Below, in pieces: positions 37,763 through 48,856 of a stretch of 64,000 nucleotides of DNA (positions are counted from its first letter, which is position 1; the number at the start of each line of letters is the position of its first letter). The stretch spans positions 1,117,794 to 1,181,793 of the forward strand of contig BCKZ01000005.1 in the NCBI GenBank assembly GCA_001600815.1, in the 5' to 3' direction. The position numbers and the translations under genes were made by a program. Under the pieces are notes generated by a model. That model saw nothing but the letters and a program-made list of their open reading frames with translations. It did not search any database and had not been told where the DNA came from. The DNA comes from Alloascoidea hylecoeti. Lineage: Eukaryota.

Positions 37763-39000
37763 TCACCTTCTAAAATAAAAGCAGCCATTTTTTTTGGAAT
37801 CAGCTTCAATTGAAGAATAATAATTCAAATGTAAGATTCGACGATCTAAATTCCAAATCCTGAGAGTAAAATTATAATCAACAGAAATGATTTTATTATC
37901 AACTATAGATAATCCGAGTACTTCTTCAAAAAATCCTTCATCAGTTGGTATAGTATTTATTAATTTATTTGATTGTAAATCCCGAATTGTTATTCGACTG
38001 TAGTTAGTAACAAATAAGTATTGATCATTTATTGTCATGGCCCCTAGTTGATTATATTGAAATTGTTGGATCATTTGATGAGTTTTAATATTCCAGGATC
38101 TTACTATAGCTATAAATTCCCTACCATATATAATATCATTATGAATGCAAATATTGCACCAATATTTTCCTTTTAAACTGTACTGTAATTTAAAATGTTG
38201 TTGAATTTTTAAATTAACGAGACTTGGTTTCCAAACCCGTAAATATTAAGCATTACAACATACAATAAAATCATTGTATAAAGCGACACCATCTATGAAT
38301 GATTGAGAATCATTTTGTGACATTTTCAGACGTTCTATTGCTTTAAAATCAGGTAATTGCCAAATTATACAAAACCCATCCAACGAACCAGAAACCAAAT
38401 ATTTATCATTAATATCAATACTTTTAACACCATCCAAATGAAATTTGATATCGAACTTTTTTGTTAATTCCAATATTTCGATTATTGGTAGATTATCTCT
38501 TAAAATCTCAAGGTCTGGTACATCTAATTGTTTTAAAATCTCAAGATCTGGTTCACCTATAACTCTTAAACATTGAAAAGTTTCACTATCCCAAATTCTT
38601 GTTTGTACAATCTTCTGAACCAGTTAAAATCCAGTTTTTATAAAATTTAACACATTCTGTTTCGCCAGAATGACCACTTAATATACGCTGTGTAAATTTA
38701 CCAATTTTCCAATTTGATTCTAAAAGATAACGCTCTTTATATATTTCATATCATGAATCCGTTTCCGAATCATTATAGTATTTCCAATATTTTTGATCTT
38801 GAAACTTTGATCTCTATATATTATCATTTTCAAACTATTTTTTTCCATGATTTAGATACGCTTCTACAATTAAGTAAAGTTAGTAGTCGTAAGTCTGAGA
38901 AGATCATTTCAGATATTTCAATGGGGAGATAGGAGACAAAATTGAATGTGGAATGAATATTCTTAAGAACATCTTGAAATTGTTTAAATGGTTTGTCAAT
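37763..39000 (-). pseudogene. F-box/WD40 pseudogene, copy B (near full length)
   Basis: FVSYLPIEISEMIFSDL..TLLNCRSVSKSWKKI (F-box), LSGHSGETECVKFYKNWILTGSEDC/RIWD, DINDKYLVSGSLDGFCIIW, DNKIISVDYNFTLRIWNL; several stops and frameshifts, no introns evident. Confidence 0.88.
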
Positions 39001-39168
39001 AAAAAGTTAAGAACAATTTGAGAAGAAAATAAAGGGTCACGAACTATACTGCCGGAATTTTGGGAAATTAATGCAATACGAATTTACTTGTTTGTGTGGA
39101 CGGTTAATCTCTACATGAATTTACAGTCTATACAGGTTTAGTTTCGGCTTACTATATTAAAGACTAAC

Positions 39169-39933
39169 TATGGTCGAATTATTTCATGGCGTGGCCGAAA
39201 ATTTTGTTTCAAAGTGTTGCCGAATAATTTGTGCATAATGAGTCTAATATTAAATGTGTCATTAAGCCGAATTATTAAGTTGAGCTGTGGGCGAATATAT
39301 AGTCATATGCGGGCGAATAATAGGCCAACGGTATTGAGCACACTGTAGACATGTAAACCCGGGATAAATATACCAAACTTACGGATTACATAGATTATAT
39401 AAATTGGATTGGAAGATCTTACATTTAGGAGTTTACTACTTTTTTAAGAAAGAAATCAGATTAGCAAGTATTTTATCTTCACAAGTGGATTTTTTGATCT
39501 TAACAAGTTATCGTTTGAACCGAAAAATAGACAAGTCGTGATAGTAGACAAGTTTCAGACAGTTCATCATTATAAGTTACAGATCATTGAGTTTTTGACT
39601 ATAGAGACATTCTTGTGAGAGTTTATGTTTTCTTTTTGATATTTGTTGTATCTTTTTATCTTTTATAACAACTTTTGCGTCATATATATTGTAACTAGAC
39701 ATTATTAATATTCATCTTAGCAAGAATGTTTGTAAATTTTAGATAATCCTCAGTCAAACCAATCTGCTATTTAGGTGATAACCGGATATAATTAGCTGGA
39801 AAATTAGTTTCAAATTCCTCAGATATAATGGATAAATTTAAACACAGTTGAGAAATTACCTCTTTATGTCGATTTCACTTCGTCATTTCGGCGACTTTAC
39901 TCAGTATATCTATAGATAATGCCATTCGCCATA
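39169..39933. repeat. Possible non-autonomous DNA element with GCCGAA/GGCGAAT subterminal motifs; contains a dispersed repeat (39375-39680)
   Basis: About six G(G/C/T)CGAA motifs at 39170-39320; inverse TTTCGGC/ATTCGCC at 39886-39930; ends TATGGTCGAAT / ATTCGCCATA. The interior matches 54531-54805 on the minus strand. Confidence 0.45.
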
Positions 39934-40175
39934 ACCGCGAACTTAAGGTTAAGCAATTGGTCCCACGTGACCTATATGATATTTATAAACAAAGTAAACC
40001 TCCAAAACAAAATAAAGATTTAAATTTAATCTAGAACTCATCATTTGTTTCAAATTTAAGACAATTATATATTAATATATACCAATTCTATAAGACCAAT
40101 TATTGCAAAAAAGAAAACATTCAAAGATTTTCAGATCACTTCTTGTTTATTTACTGTAAATGGGTTCATTCCAAA

Positions 40176-42443
40176 ATGTCAAATTCAGATCATTTAAATC
40201 AATCAAATATAAACAACGAAGAAACAAATCTTGAAACTACTCTTCAAAATTTATCCCTTAATGATAACAAATCATCTTCATCGTCAAATGATGACCATGA
40301 ATCTGGCTATTCAACCCCTATTTCGAAAAATTACAATAATAATAATAATAATCTTCAATTGCAAACACCACCATTAGATGAAGATCATGATTTGAATATC
40401 AAAAAAGAAGTTCAATTAGATCCAATTAATCTTTCAGAATTTCATAAATGTTTTCAAAATTTTAAAGATAAATATTCACATAAAGAATCATTTCATATTA
40501 AATGCGAATCAAAAGATCAAACAACAATTATTTTATCCCCTTTATCTTATCTTCATGAATTTTCTCGTGATTGGGTAACGAAGAAATATTTAAGTACAAT
40601 TGTTGAAAGACCACAAAGATTAATGGCTTGTACTATGGGTATTAGCGCTGCATTAAGTATGTTCCCATCTTTTTTTAATATTATTTCTTCTGATAAACAC
40701 ACTTCTTTGAATTCTCCTTCAGTTGTGAAAATTCATGGTAAAGAATGGCCAAAACAATTAGATGAGTTATGTGAACAAGCAGAATCAAAATTGAAAGATA
40801 AGAAAATTGAAGTACCTGATGATTGGAACTCGGGTGATATTTATTTAGCTAAAGGTACAGTTAAAGCATTAGAAGGTGTTATTGGATCTGTTGAAACAGG
40901 TGTTGATACAATTTTTAGTGAAAAAGATTTATCAAAAAGAACATTTGTTGCTGTTAGACCACCAGGTCATCATGCTCATCCATCATCACCTTCTGGATTT
41001 TGTTTAATTAATAATGTTCATGTTTCAATTCAATATGCTTATGATAATTATGATGTAACACATGCTGTTATACTTGATTTTGATTTACATCATGGAGATG
41101 GTAGTCAAAATATTTGTTGGAAATTAGCTGGTTTTCAACCAGATTATGATGATAATCAACCAAATGAAAAAGAAATTGAATTAATTAAAAAAAATACCCC
41201 GAAAATAGGTTATTTTTCATTACATGATATAAATTCATTTCCATGTGAATTAGGTTATGCAATTCCACAAAATTTAAAAAATGCTTCAACTTGTATAATG
41301 GCTCATGATTTAAATATTTGGAATATTCATTTACAAAAATGGGAAAATGAAAATGAATTTTATGAAATTTATAATTCAAATTATAGAACTTTATTAAATA
41401 AAGCTCATGAATTTTTCAAATCAGCAAAATTAGAAAATCAAAAATTATATAATTCATTATTTATTGATAACACAAGGAAAATAAAAGATTCAGAATTATT
41501 AAGAAAAAATTTTAAACCTTTCAAAGGTATGATTGTTATATCTGCTGGATTTGATGCATCTGAATATGAAGATCAATCAATGCAAAGACATGGTGTTAAT
41601 GTTCCAACATCTTTTTATAATAAATTTACTCTTGATACTTTAAAATTAGCACAAGAACATACAGAAGGAAGAGTTCTTAGTGTTATGGAAGGTGGTTATT
41701 CAGATGGTGCTATATCATCCGGTGTATTTTCACATCTTGTTGGTTTACAAGGACAGAAATGGAATAATGAATGGAGTGATAATAAAGTTATAAAAGAATT
41801 TGTTAAAGGTTGTAAATATAAATGGCATCCTGCTAAGAAATTAACACCTTTAACATCATGGACTTCAGAAGTTATTACTTTAGGTAGATCAATGTGGCCA
41901 TCGGATATTCTAAATCAAAGTAAAGAAGCTAATAATTCAAAGAATAATACAAGGAAATCAAGTCCTCGTGAATTAAGAGATTTAGCTAATTATAATATTG
42001 GTGGATCAAGTGATTCAAATTCAGATGAATCTCACAGACGTTATTTCTTAAGAGATCGAAAAAGTATACATTCTCCTGATTATTATGAACCTGAAGTTGA
42101 TGCACATAATCATATAAAGAAAGAAAAATCACAAAGCCCAACTCCATCTTCAATTCCGAATGGAGATGCAATTCCAAAGTCTCAACCTCTGGATACCGAT
42201 ATCAGGGATAATAATGTCACTATTTCCAACTATAATGCTAACCCAAGATTGACTCAAATTGCTATTAAGCCTGCACATGAAAATGAATTACCAAAGAATT
42301 CTTTCAACGGTAAACAATTGCAATCCCCAACCTCCGATACAAGCTCTGATACAAGCTCCAGAACAACTCCAATAGAAACCACAGCTTCAGATCTTAAACA
42401 TCGATTTGTTAAAGTTGATGGTCAATGGAGACTTATTAATTAA
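40176..42443 (+). CDS. HOS3: Histone deacetylase Hos3
   Basis: STIVERPQRL, RPPGHHAH..PSGFCLINNVHV, DFDLHHGDGSQ, YFSLHDINSFPCE, SAGFDASEYE...MQRHGVNVP, MEGGYSD. Confidence 0.96.
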   Translation: MSNSDHLNQSNINNEETNLETTLQNLSLNDNKSSSSSNDDHESGYSTPISKNYNNNNNNLQLQTPPLDEDHDLNIKKEVQLDPINLSEFHKCFQNFKDKYSHKESFHIKCESKDQTTIILSPLSYLHEFSRDWVTKKYLSTIVERPQRLMACTMGISAALSMFPSFFNIISSDKHTSLNSPSVVKIHGKEWPKQLDELCEQAESKLKDKKIEVPDDWNSGDIYLAKGTVKALEGVIGSVETGVDTIFSEKDLSKRTFVAVRPPGHHAHPSSPSGFCLINNVHVSIQYAYDNYDVTHAVILDFDLHHGDGSQNICWKLAGFQPDYDDNQPNEKEIELIKKNTPKIGYFSLHDINSFPCELGYAIPQNLKNASTCIMAHDLNIWNIHLQKWENENEFYEIYNSNYRTLLNKAHEFFKSAKLENQKLYNSLFIDNTRKIKDSELLRKNFKPFKGMIVISAGFDASEYEDQSMQRHGVNVPTSFYNKFTLDTLKLAQEHTEGRVLSVMEGGYSDGAISSGVFSHLVGLQGQKWNNEWSDNKVIKEFVKGCKYKWHPAKKLTPLTSWTSEVITLGRSMWPSDILNQSKEANNSKNNTRKSSPRELRDLANYNIGGSSDSNSDESHRRYFLRDRKSIHSPDYYEPEVDAHNHIKKEKSQSPTPSSIPNGDAIPKSQPLDTDIRDNNVTISNYNANPRLTQIAIKPAHENELPKNSFNGKQLQSPTSDTSSDTSSRTTPIETTASDLKHRFVKVDGQWRLIN

Positions 42444-42875
42444 TAAGCCTTACTTGCTACACGTGCACGTGTTTACTATTTACATACTGTTTTATAATAA
42501 TCCTTCTTTTTTTACTTTCTTGATTTAGACTTTTGGTATTGTTTCCGTTATGATGTTTTCTATATAGATAGAATTGTTTTTGTTTTAATAATATAACTGA
42601 TATTACAGTTAATTGAGATAATTATTCCATTAACACTATGAATTTTATTTAAACAAAAATATATATATACTTCGATACACTCTTCAGTTTGTCTTCCTTG
42701 AAACACAGAACAGCTAACCCGAAGGTGTCATTCATACTAATGTTTGACAATCAAGGTAACTTTACATACACGTATTGTGAGTATATATTTAAATAATTTT
42801 TATTGTGTATGTTAATTATTTATTTCCAAGCAATTGAAAGTTGTATAAATATATCATATTAAGTGGATAGTTGGT

Positions 42876-43838
42876 TTATCGTCTTCTTCCACCTGCTTTT
42901 GTGGCTTCTCTCATTTTAATCCCATTTGCCAAACTTTTGGCGTTTCCTACTTTTCTTTTTCTTCTTAATTTTGTTCCGGATCCTGTTGCCTCTTCACCAT
43001 TTGTATTATCATCATTTGATGATCCTAAAACATTACCACTTTCTGAAGATTTTGGTTTTATTTCTGGAACGAAAGCTTCCCAATACCAATTTTTATTTAT
43101 ATTTCCAACAGTTAAATTCCAAAAGAATTTAGGAATCTTAAAAAGAATAGTTGATCTCCAAGCAGCTTCTGCAACATCATCTGAATTAATTGGATGTTTT
43201 TGGTTATCTTCTTCCATCATAAAAACTGAACCATCAAAAGTAACTAAAAATTTATTACCATTACCCAATTCAACAGTTCTTGAGGATAAATCACCAGGAG
43301 TTATACCATTTGGCCAAGCGGCATTTTGAATCTGAGTAATATAATTGGCAATTCTTTTTTTATCTTGAGAAACTTGCAATGATAATAATAAATAATGAGA
43401 AACAGAACCAAATAGATATAAAAACACTAAAACACCAATTAAACCAGGTCTAAATTTTGAATAATAATAACCAGTTCCTTTCCATTTAGGGAATCCTTTA
43501 TCTAAAAAATAATCATATCGTTCTTTTGGAGGACCACGTAAGATATTTCCAACAACTCCTAACCTTGCAAATCTTTCATTGGCAGCTTTTTTCACTTTTG
43601 AGGATCCTCTTATTTTATCAGGATGTAAACGACGACTCAATTTTCTATAAGCTTTATTAATTTCTTCGTATGATGATTTTGGACCTTTTGGTAGATTTAA
43701 CCAAGAATAAAAAGTAGTTTCTTGTCCCAAGTCATTTTTAACCGCCTCATTGATCTGGAAAATCTCATGGTCTTGATTTGACCAGGCAAAAGTTAATGTG
43801 AAAATGAAAAAAAGAGAAAAGAGAAATGTTGGTTTCAT
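42876..43838 (-). CDS. ERJ5: ER J-domain co-chaperone Erj5
   Basis: Signal peptide, WSNQDHEIF, YRKLSRRLHPDK, RYDYFLDKGFPKWKGTGYYYSKFRPG, single TM. Confidence 0.94.
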   Translation of the reverse strand: MKPTFLFSLFFIFTLTFAWSNQDHEIFQINEAVKNDLGQETTFYSWLNLPKGPKSSYEEINKAYRKLSRRLHPDKIRGSSKVKKAANERFARLGVVGNILRGPPKERYDYFLDKGFPKWKGTGYYYSKFRPGLIGVLVFLYLFGSVSHYLLLSLQVSQDKKRIANYITQIQNAAWPNGITPGDLSSRTVELGNGNKFLVTFDGSVFMMEEDNQKHPINSDDVAEAAWRSTILFKIPKFFWNLTVGNINKNWYWEAFVPEIKPKSSESGNVLGSSNDDNTNGEEATGSGTKLRRKRKVGNAKSLANGIKMREATKAGGRRR

Positions 43839-44024
43839 TTTTTAATTCTTTTTTCAGGATCAAATATAAATATTTTTATTTGTGGATATTTATATTTTTC
43901 TGTGTGATTTTAAAAGAGGTGGGAAAATTATTAAATGCAACGTTAAATTTTTGAAATTTCAACCTCTTTTGTCCAGCATCAACAATATTTCAACCTCTTT
44001 TTTTTGCCATCACCACACACAAAA

Positions 44025-44693
44025 ATGAGCACCGCATCTGGAAATGCAGATAAACAAACACAGAAGGCTCTCCTGAAAGCTCGTCGTATTCGTAATTACC
44101 TCGGTCTTTATAACACAGTTTCAGCAATAACTTGGGGATGTCTGTTAGTCAGAATTGCTGTTTTACTTCCCTTAATAGGAACCAGATTTTTACCGGAAGC
44201 TGTGGCAGACTTCGCAGCTGGAATCCAAACATTCGCTTTATTAGATATACTTCATAGTGGGTTTAAAATTACCAGGTCTAATCTTAAATTAACTGTTTTA
44301 ACAATATGGATACGTTTATTCACAGTATGGGGGGTTGTTGACGTATTTAAAAGAGTATCATGGCACCCAACCTATTCAACAATGCTAATAACCTGGTCCA
44401 TTTCAGGAATTATAAATTATAGTTATAATGCATTAACGATTAGGAATCGTGGCTTTTCATCAAGATGGTTTGTCTTTTTAAGATATTCTCATTTTTATTT
44501 ATCATTACCGATATCAACAATTTGTGAAATGTCATTGGTTTTTTTAAGTTTAAAATATTCAAAAGAGTGGAGTATTAATTATACAATTTTATTAAGGATT
44601 TGGTTGGTTTTGTATATTCCATTATTTTATTATTTATTTGATTATTATCATACGCAAAGACAGAGAATTTTATACAGGAATTTAAATCATTAA
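44025..44693 (+). CDS. KEG1: Keg1-like ER membrane protein of the PTPLA/Phs1 fold
   Basis: LLVRIAVLLPLIGTRFLP resembles Keg1 (LLIRWLILMPLVGSRFLP, recalled); divergent from ERJ5 as in S. cerevisiae; PTPLA-like YL.LYN, IQTFALLDILHS and LRY motifs. Confidence 0.78.
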   Translation: MSTASGNADKQTQKALLKARRIRNYLGLYNTVSAITWGCLLVRIAVLLPLIGTRFLPEAVADFAAGIQTFALLDILHSGFKITRSNLKLTVLTIWIRLFTVWGVVDVFKRVSWHPTYSTMLITWSISGIINYSYNALTIRNRGFSSRWFVFLRYSHFYLSLPISTICEMSLVFLSLKYSKEWSINYTILLRIWLVLYIPLFYYLFDYYHTQRQRILYRNLNH

Positions 44694-44889
44694 ACATTAA
44701 TCATGTTGTAAGTTTTAACTAGAGCAAAAGTAAGTTTTGGCATGTATCTAAATAACCTTTTTAGCTTCGTTGCTTTGTGTGTAAACTAATAAAATTAACA
44801 CTTTTTGATATTTCACAATTAATAATTCCTCAATTAAATATTTTGCATTAATAATGATAACCTCAGCAAATCCGAGTAAAAAAACAAGC

Positions 44890-47854
44890 ATGCCCAATAC
44901 TAATGAAAGTACTAGTTTAGCTTTCAACCTTCAACAGGTAAGTACGGCTTTATTATGATGTAGTGTTCTGTCGACGAACGATAATGCGTGTAATCCATAT
45001 ATTAATGTCCTTCTCAATTATATAGTTATTGTTTTTCGATTCTGAATCGATAAATGTTAATTCTCATACTTCTGATGAATATTTAGAACAATTAGCTCCG
45101 GTGATTAAAGAATCCATTGAAAATGGAACCCTTCAGGATTTATTGGAGAAACTTAACGCTAGTGAGATTGAACAACAAGATGTAATTGAACAATTGCTGG
45201 TAAATTCAAAAAGTGTAAGTTACAATTATTTCATTTTTAATTGAAAATATAACTAATATTCTCTTAACTATTAATAGACAATATTAAATTCATCAAATCA
45301 ATTAAACGATATTTCTCATAAATCAAAATCAATATCTCAACAAACACTTGATATAAATTCAAAATTTCAAATATCAACAAATGATTATTTAATTCAAAGA
45401 AAAAAATTATTAGAATATAATATAATATCAAATAAAATATTAAAAACTAAAAAATCATTAAAATCATGTTTAAAAATTTTTGAATTAACAAATAAAATTC
45501 ATAATTTAATTTTAAAAAAAAATTATTATCTTGCTTTAAAATCATTAAATGAATTAAAAATTATAAAAATTAATAAACATTTATATGAACATGAAAATGA
45601 TGATGAAGATAATGAAAATGATAATGAAATTATAAATAAAATATTAAATTCAATACCAATGTTAGAAAAGATGATTAAAGAATTATCTTTTAATGATATT
45701 AAAAGATGGATGAATCAAATTGAAAATACAATTATTGATATTGGTATATCATCATCAAAAAATGTAATTCAATTATATCAAAATTGGTTTTTTTATTGTT
45801 TTAAAGATAATGATTCATTAAAAGAATTTGATTTCAATTCACCAATTGAAATAAGTTTAAGAGATGTTTATTTAAATGAAAATTCAAGCGCAAAAGTTAA
45901 TGATTATGATGTTTTTAATAATGATGATGTAACAGTTGATTTAAATCCAATTTATGATACAATATTGATTTATGAAACATTAAATGAAATGGATTTATTA
46001 GTTAAATTATTTAATATTGAATGGGAAAAAAGAAAAACAAGATTATTTTATTCATTAATTATTACTGCAAAGGCAAGTAAAAACGATAGTGGGTATAGAG
46101 GAAGTTTTGAATCATCAAGATCTTTAACAGAGGTAAATAAAAGATCAACAATTACTTCAAATAAACATAATAGTCATCGTGGAAGTGCAATGATTACAAC
46201 ATTAGATGGTTTTGCACAATTATTATATAAATTGTCTGGTTTTTTAATAACTGATTATTGTTTATCTATAAAAACACAAAATAAATTAAGAACACCAGAA
46301 GATGTATCAAAATCTTGGGAATCATTATCATTACAATTATATCTTATGATTAAATCATTTGTTTCATTTCAAAGTTTACAAGAAACTATTTGTTTTTTAA
46401 CAAAAACAATCTTTTTATTTTTATATACAATTGAAAATTATAAATTTAAAATTGATGATGATTTATTTAACAAAGTTCCAATTTTAATTTTTACTCAATT
46501 ATCACAAATTTTAAAAAATGATTTTCAAAAAGAATTTGATGAATTAATAATTGAAGATGATTTACTACCAATGGTTATAAGTAATGAAAACTTATTCAAA
46601 AAGACTTCAGCTATTAGTTGGTATAAACCAATACATGATGATCATAGTGAATATCCAAGAACTTTACCATTTTCACAATTATATCCAATAAGTTGTGCAC
46701 ATCTTAGAGCTTTTCTTTCAAAACATCAAAGTTTAATCCTGAATAAACAACTTAATTATGTTAATGAACAATCATTAAGCTTTACAGAATTTCGATATCC
46801 AAAATATAAAGAATCATTTAATCGAATATTAATTGAATCAGTTGATGAAATTTTAACAAATATTGTTTGTAATACATTAATATCAAGATTAGAAGATGCA
46901 TCAAGAGAACAAATTGTACAACATTTAATTAATATTGATTTTTTTTTAAATGCATCAATTGAAATTGAAAAACATTTAACAAGTTTTTCATTGAAATTAA
47001 AAATAATTAAAAATCAAGAAGAAATTAGAAATGAAAATGAAATTGGAAATTTATTAAATTCAATTGATCATTTTAAAAATGCAAAAAATCAAGCAGAGTT
47101 AAAAGTATTTAAAATGGTTCACTCAAATCTTGAAGATTTATTAGAAATTTCAGATTGGAATTGGTCAACAAATTTAAAAAATAATAATAAAAATATATCA
47201 CTATTTATTATTGATATGGTTAATTTTTTAACAATGTTAATTAATCAAACTTTTTCAAATATACCATATTTAATTAAAAAAAAATTATATTTTGAAATTT
47301 TTAAATATTTATCATCATTATTATTAAATTCAATGATTTTTCAAAGTCCAAATTATATTTCAAAAGAAGGTTTAATTAATTTTGGTATTGATATTAAATA
47401 TTTGGAAGATTTCGTTTTAAAAATTAATATTGATGATAATAGTAATGTTAATGTTAACGAAGGTGAAAAATTAATATCCACTTTTACTGAATTAAGACAA
47501 ACAATTGATTTAGGATTAGATAATGATGATGATGATGATGATGATGACGATGATGATGACGACGATTCTAAATATACTATGAACGACACAATTAAATATA
47601 ACAAAGTGTCTTCAATAAATGCAAAGATATTAATTGAAAAGTATGTACCATACATTTTATAAGCTTTTATGTTTTCTTCTTTTATATAAAACTAACAATT
47701 TTGTTCTGATTATAGACTTTCTGGAAAGACAATAACAACACTTCCAAATAACAAAGCAGATGTGTCTAGTTCCTCTGGTTCTTTATCAAAATTCTCAAAA
47801 TTCTCCCGGTTTGCGCGGAAAATATCGAAAAATAATGTCAATGACCATGTATAA
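44890..47854 (+). CDS. SEC15: Exocyst subunit Sec15; exons 44890-44937, 45026-45214, 45278-47640, 47716-47854
   Basis: LQQLL...DEYLEQLAPVIK, YYLALKSLNEL, EDDLLPM, LPFSQLYP, SREQIVQHLIN, TFTELRQTIDL. All three introns are in phase; poly-Asp (GAT/GAC)n at 47525-47566. Confidence 0.92.
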
Positions 47855-47992
47855 GATTACTCGTATCATTATTATTGTAGTCTTTGATAGTTACAATTAT
47901 AGCATTATTTTTGTATATAATATTAACAAGTGAATCAGTAAGTTGATTCTCTCCTAACTATGTGAGTAATTTATATATTTCGTTTACCTCCT

Positions 47993-48359
47993 CTAGAGAG
48001 TGTTCACCATTTCTTGCATTGACCTGTTGCTCACATCCATAGTCTTTTGGAACAGCAGGTAAACAAAAGGACCTAGATCCTTCCAACCGCTCTTGTTATA
48101 CGGAGGGTTTGTTTCCAACCAAGGGACTATCACCACTAATTTCCTGTTTCACTTTCATCAATGAATCATCTGATAAAGGGGTGGGAGATGAATGTTTGAT
48201 TTTACCACTGAAGAGGATACACCTGAAGGATGGTAACCTCTGTAAGGTCTTACATGAAAGTGTAGAGCTCTGTAGATTAGGATTTTAATTCAAGAGGTCT
48301 AAGTTTCTTTTCCTTATTGTCAATTCTAGGAGTTGTGAGGTGGGGAAATGCTTACAGAT
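47993..48359 (+). ncRNA. Probable large box H/ACA snoRNA (~370 nt; tentatively snR37-like)
   Basis: GC-richer non-coding island with stems (ACCTGTTG/CAGCAGGT; AGAGT..CAC/GTG..GCTCT), H box AGATTA 48274-48279, and a 3' hairpin AAG...CTT followed by ACA 48354-48356. Guide target not established. Confidence 0.45.
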
Positions 48360-48410
48360 AGAAATATTGAGATGAAGAGATAACATTGATTATTTTATTC
48401 ATATACATTT

Positions 48411-48856
48411 TCAAGTTGTAGACCAAAACCAAGTTCGTTTCTTTTTACTATCATCTATATTTATATTTCCATCATCTGTGTGCAAGTTAATTTTTTTCAA
48501 TTTTGCATCTTCAATTAATTTCTTTATCTCTGTCTCTAATTCATTCACTTTGGTCTCCATTTCAATTTTTGTTTCATCACTATCTAACTTCCACCAAATA
48601 TAATGCATTGATAAATATACGAAGGAAGCTATTAGAAAAGTACGAATTAACGGAACTTTGAAATGAGAGACACGAACTTGAGGATGACGCTAGATAGATA
48701 GGTTAGATCCAAATTGTAAGGTTAAATGATAATACATCATACTTTATGTTTTATAGATAGGCACCTTCCAAAATTTAAAGATGATCCTATATTGACTATC
48801 TGTTGGGTAGACGCTAGTCTATTACCGAAGCTAAATGGTCGTAATTGTCTCCACAT
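48411..48856 (-). CDS. INA17: Mitochondrial inner-membrane assembly complex subunit Ina17-like; exons 48856-48743, 48689-48411
   Basis: Arg-rich presequence MWRQLRPFSF, then FKVPLIRTFLIASFVYLSMHYIWWKL + coiled coil + KKRTWFW; GTATGA...TAG phase-0 intron. Confidence 0.78.

Noticed and set aside
44025..44693. Alternative CUG decoding (Ser or Ala)
   Set aside because: CTG codons are rare. The one informative case (WGC-L-LVR in KEG1) aligns with a Leu in a TM helix, consistent with the standard code. Too few sites to claim reassignment.
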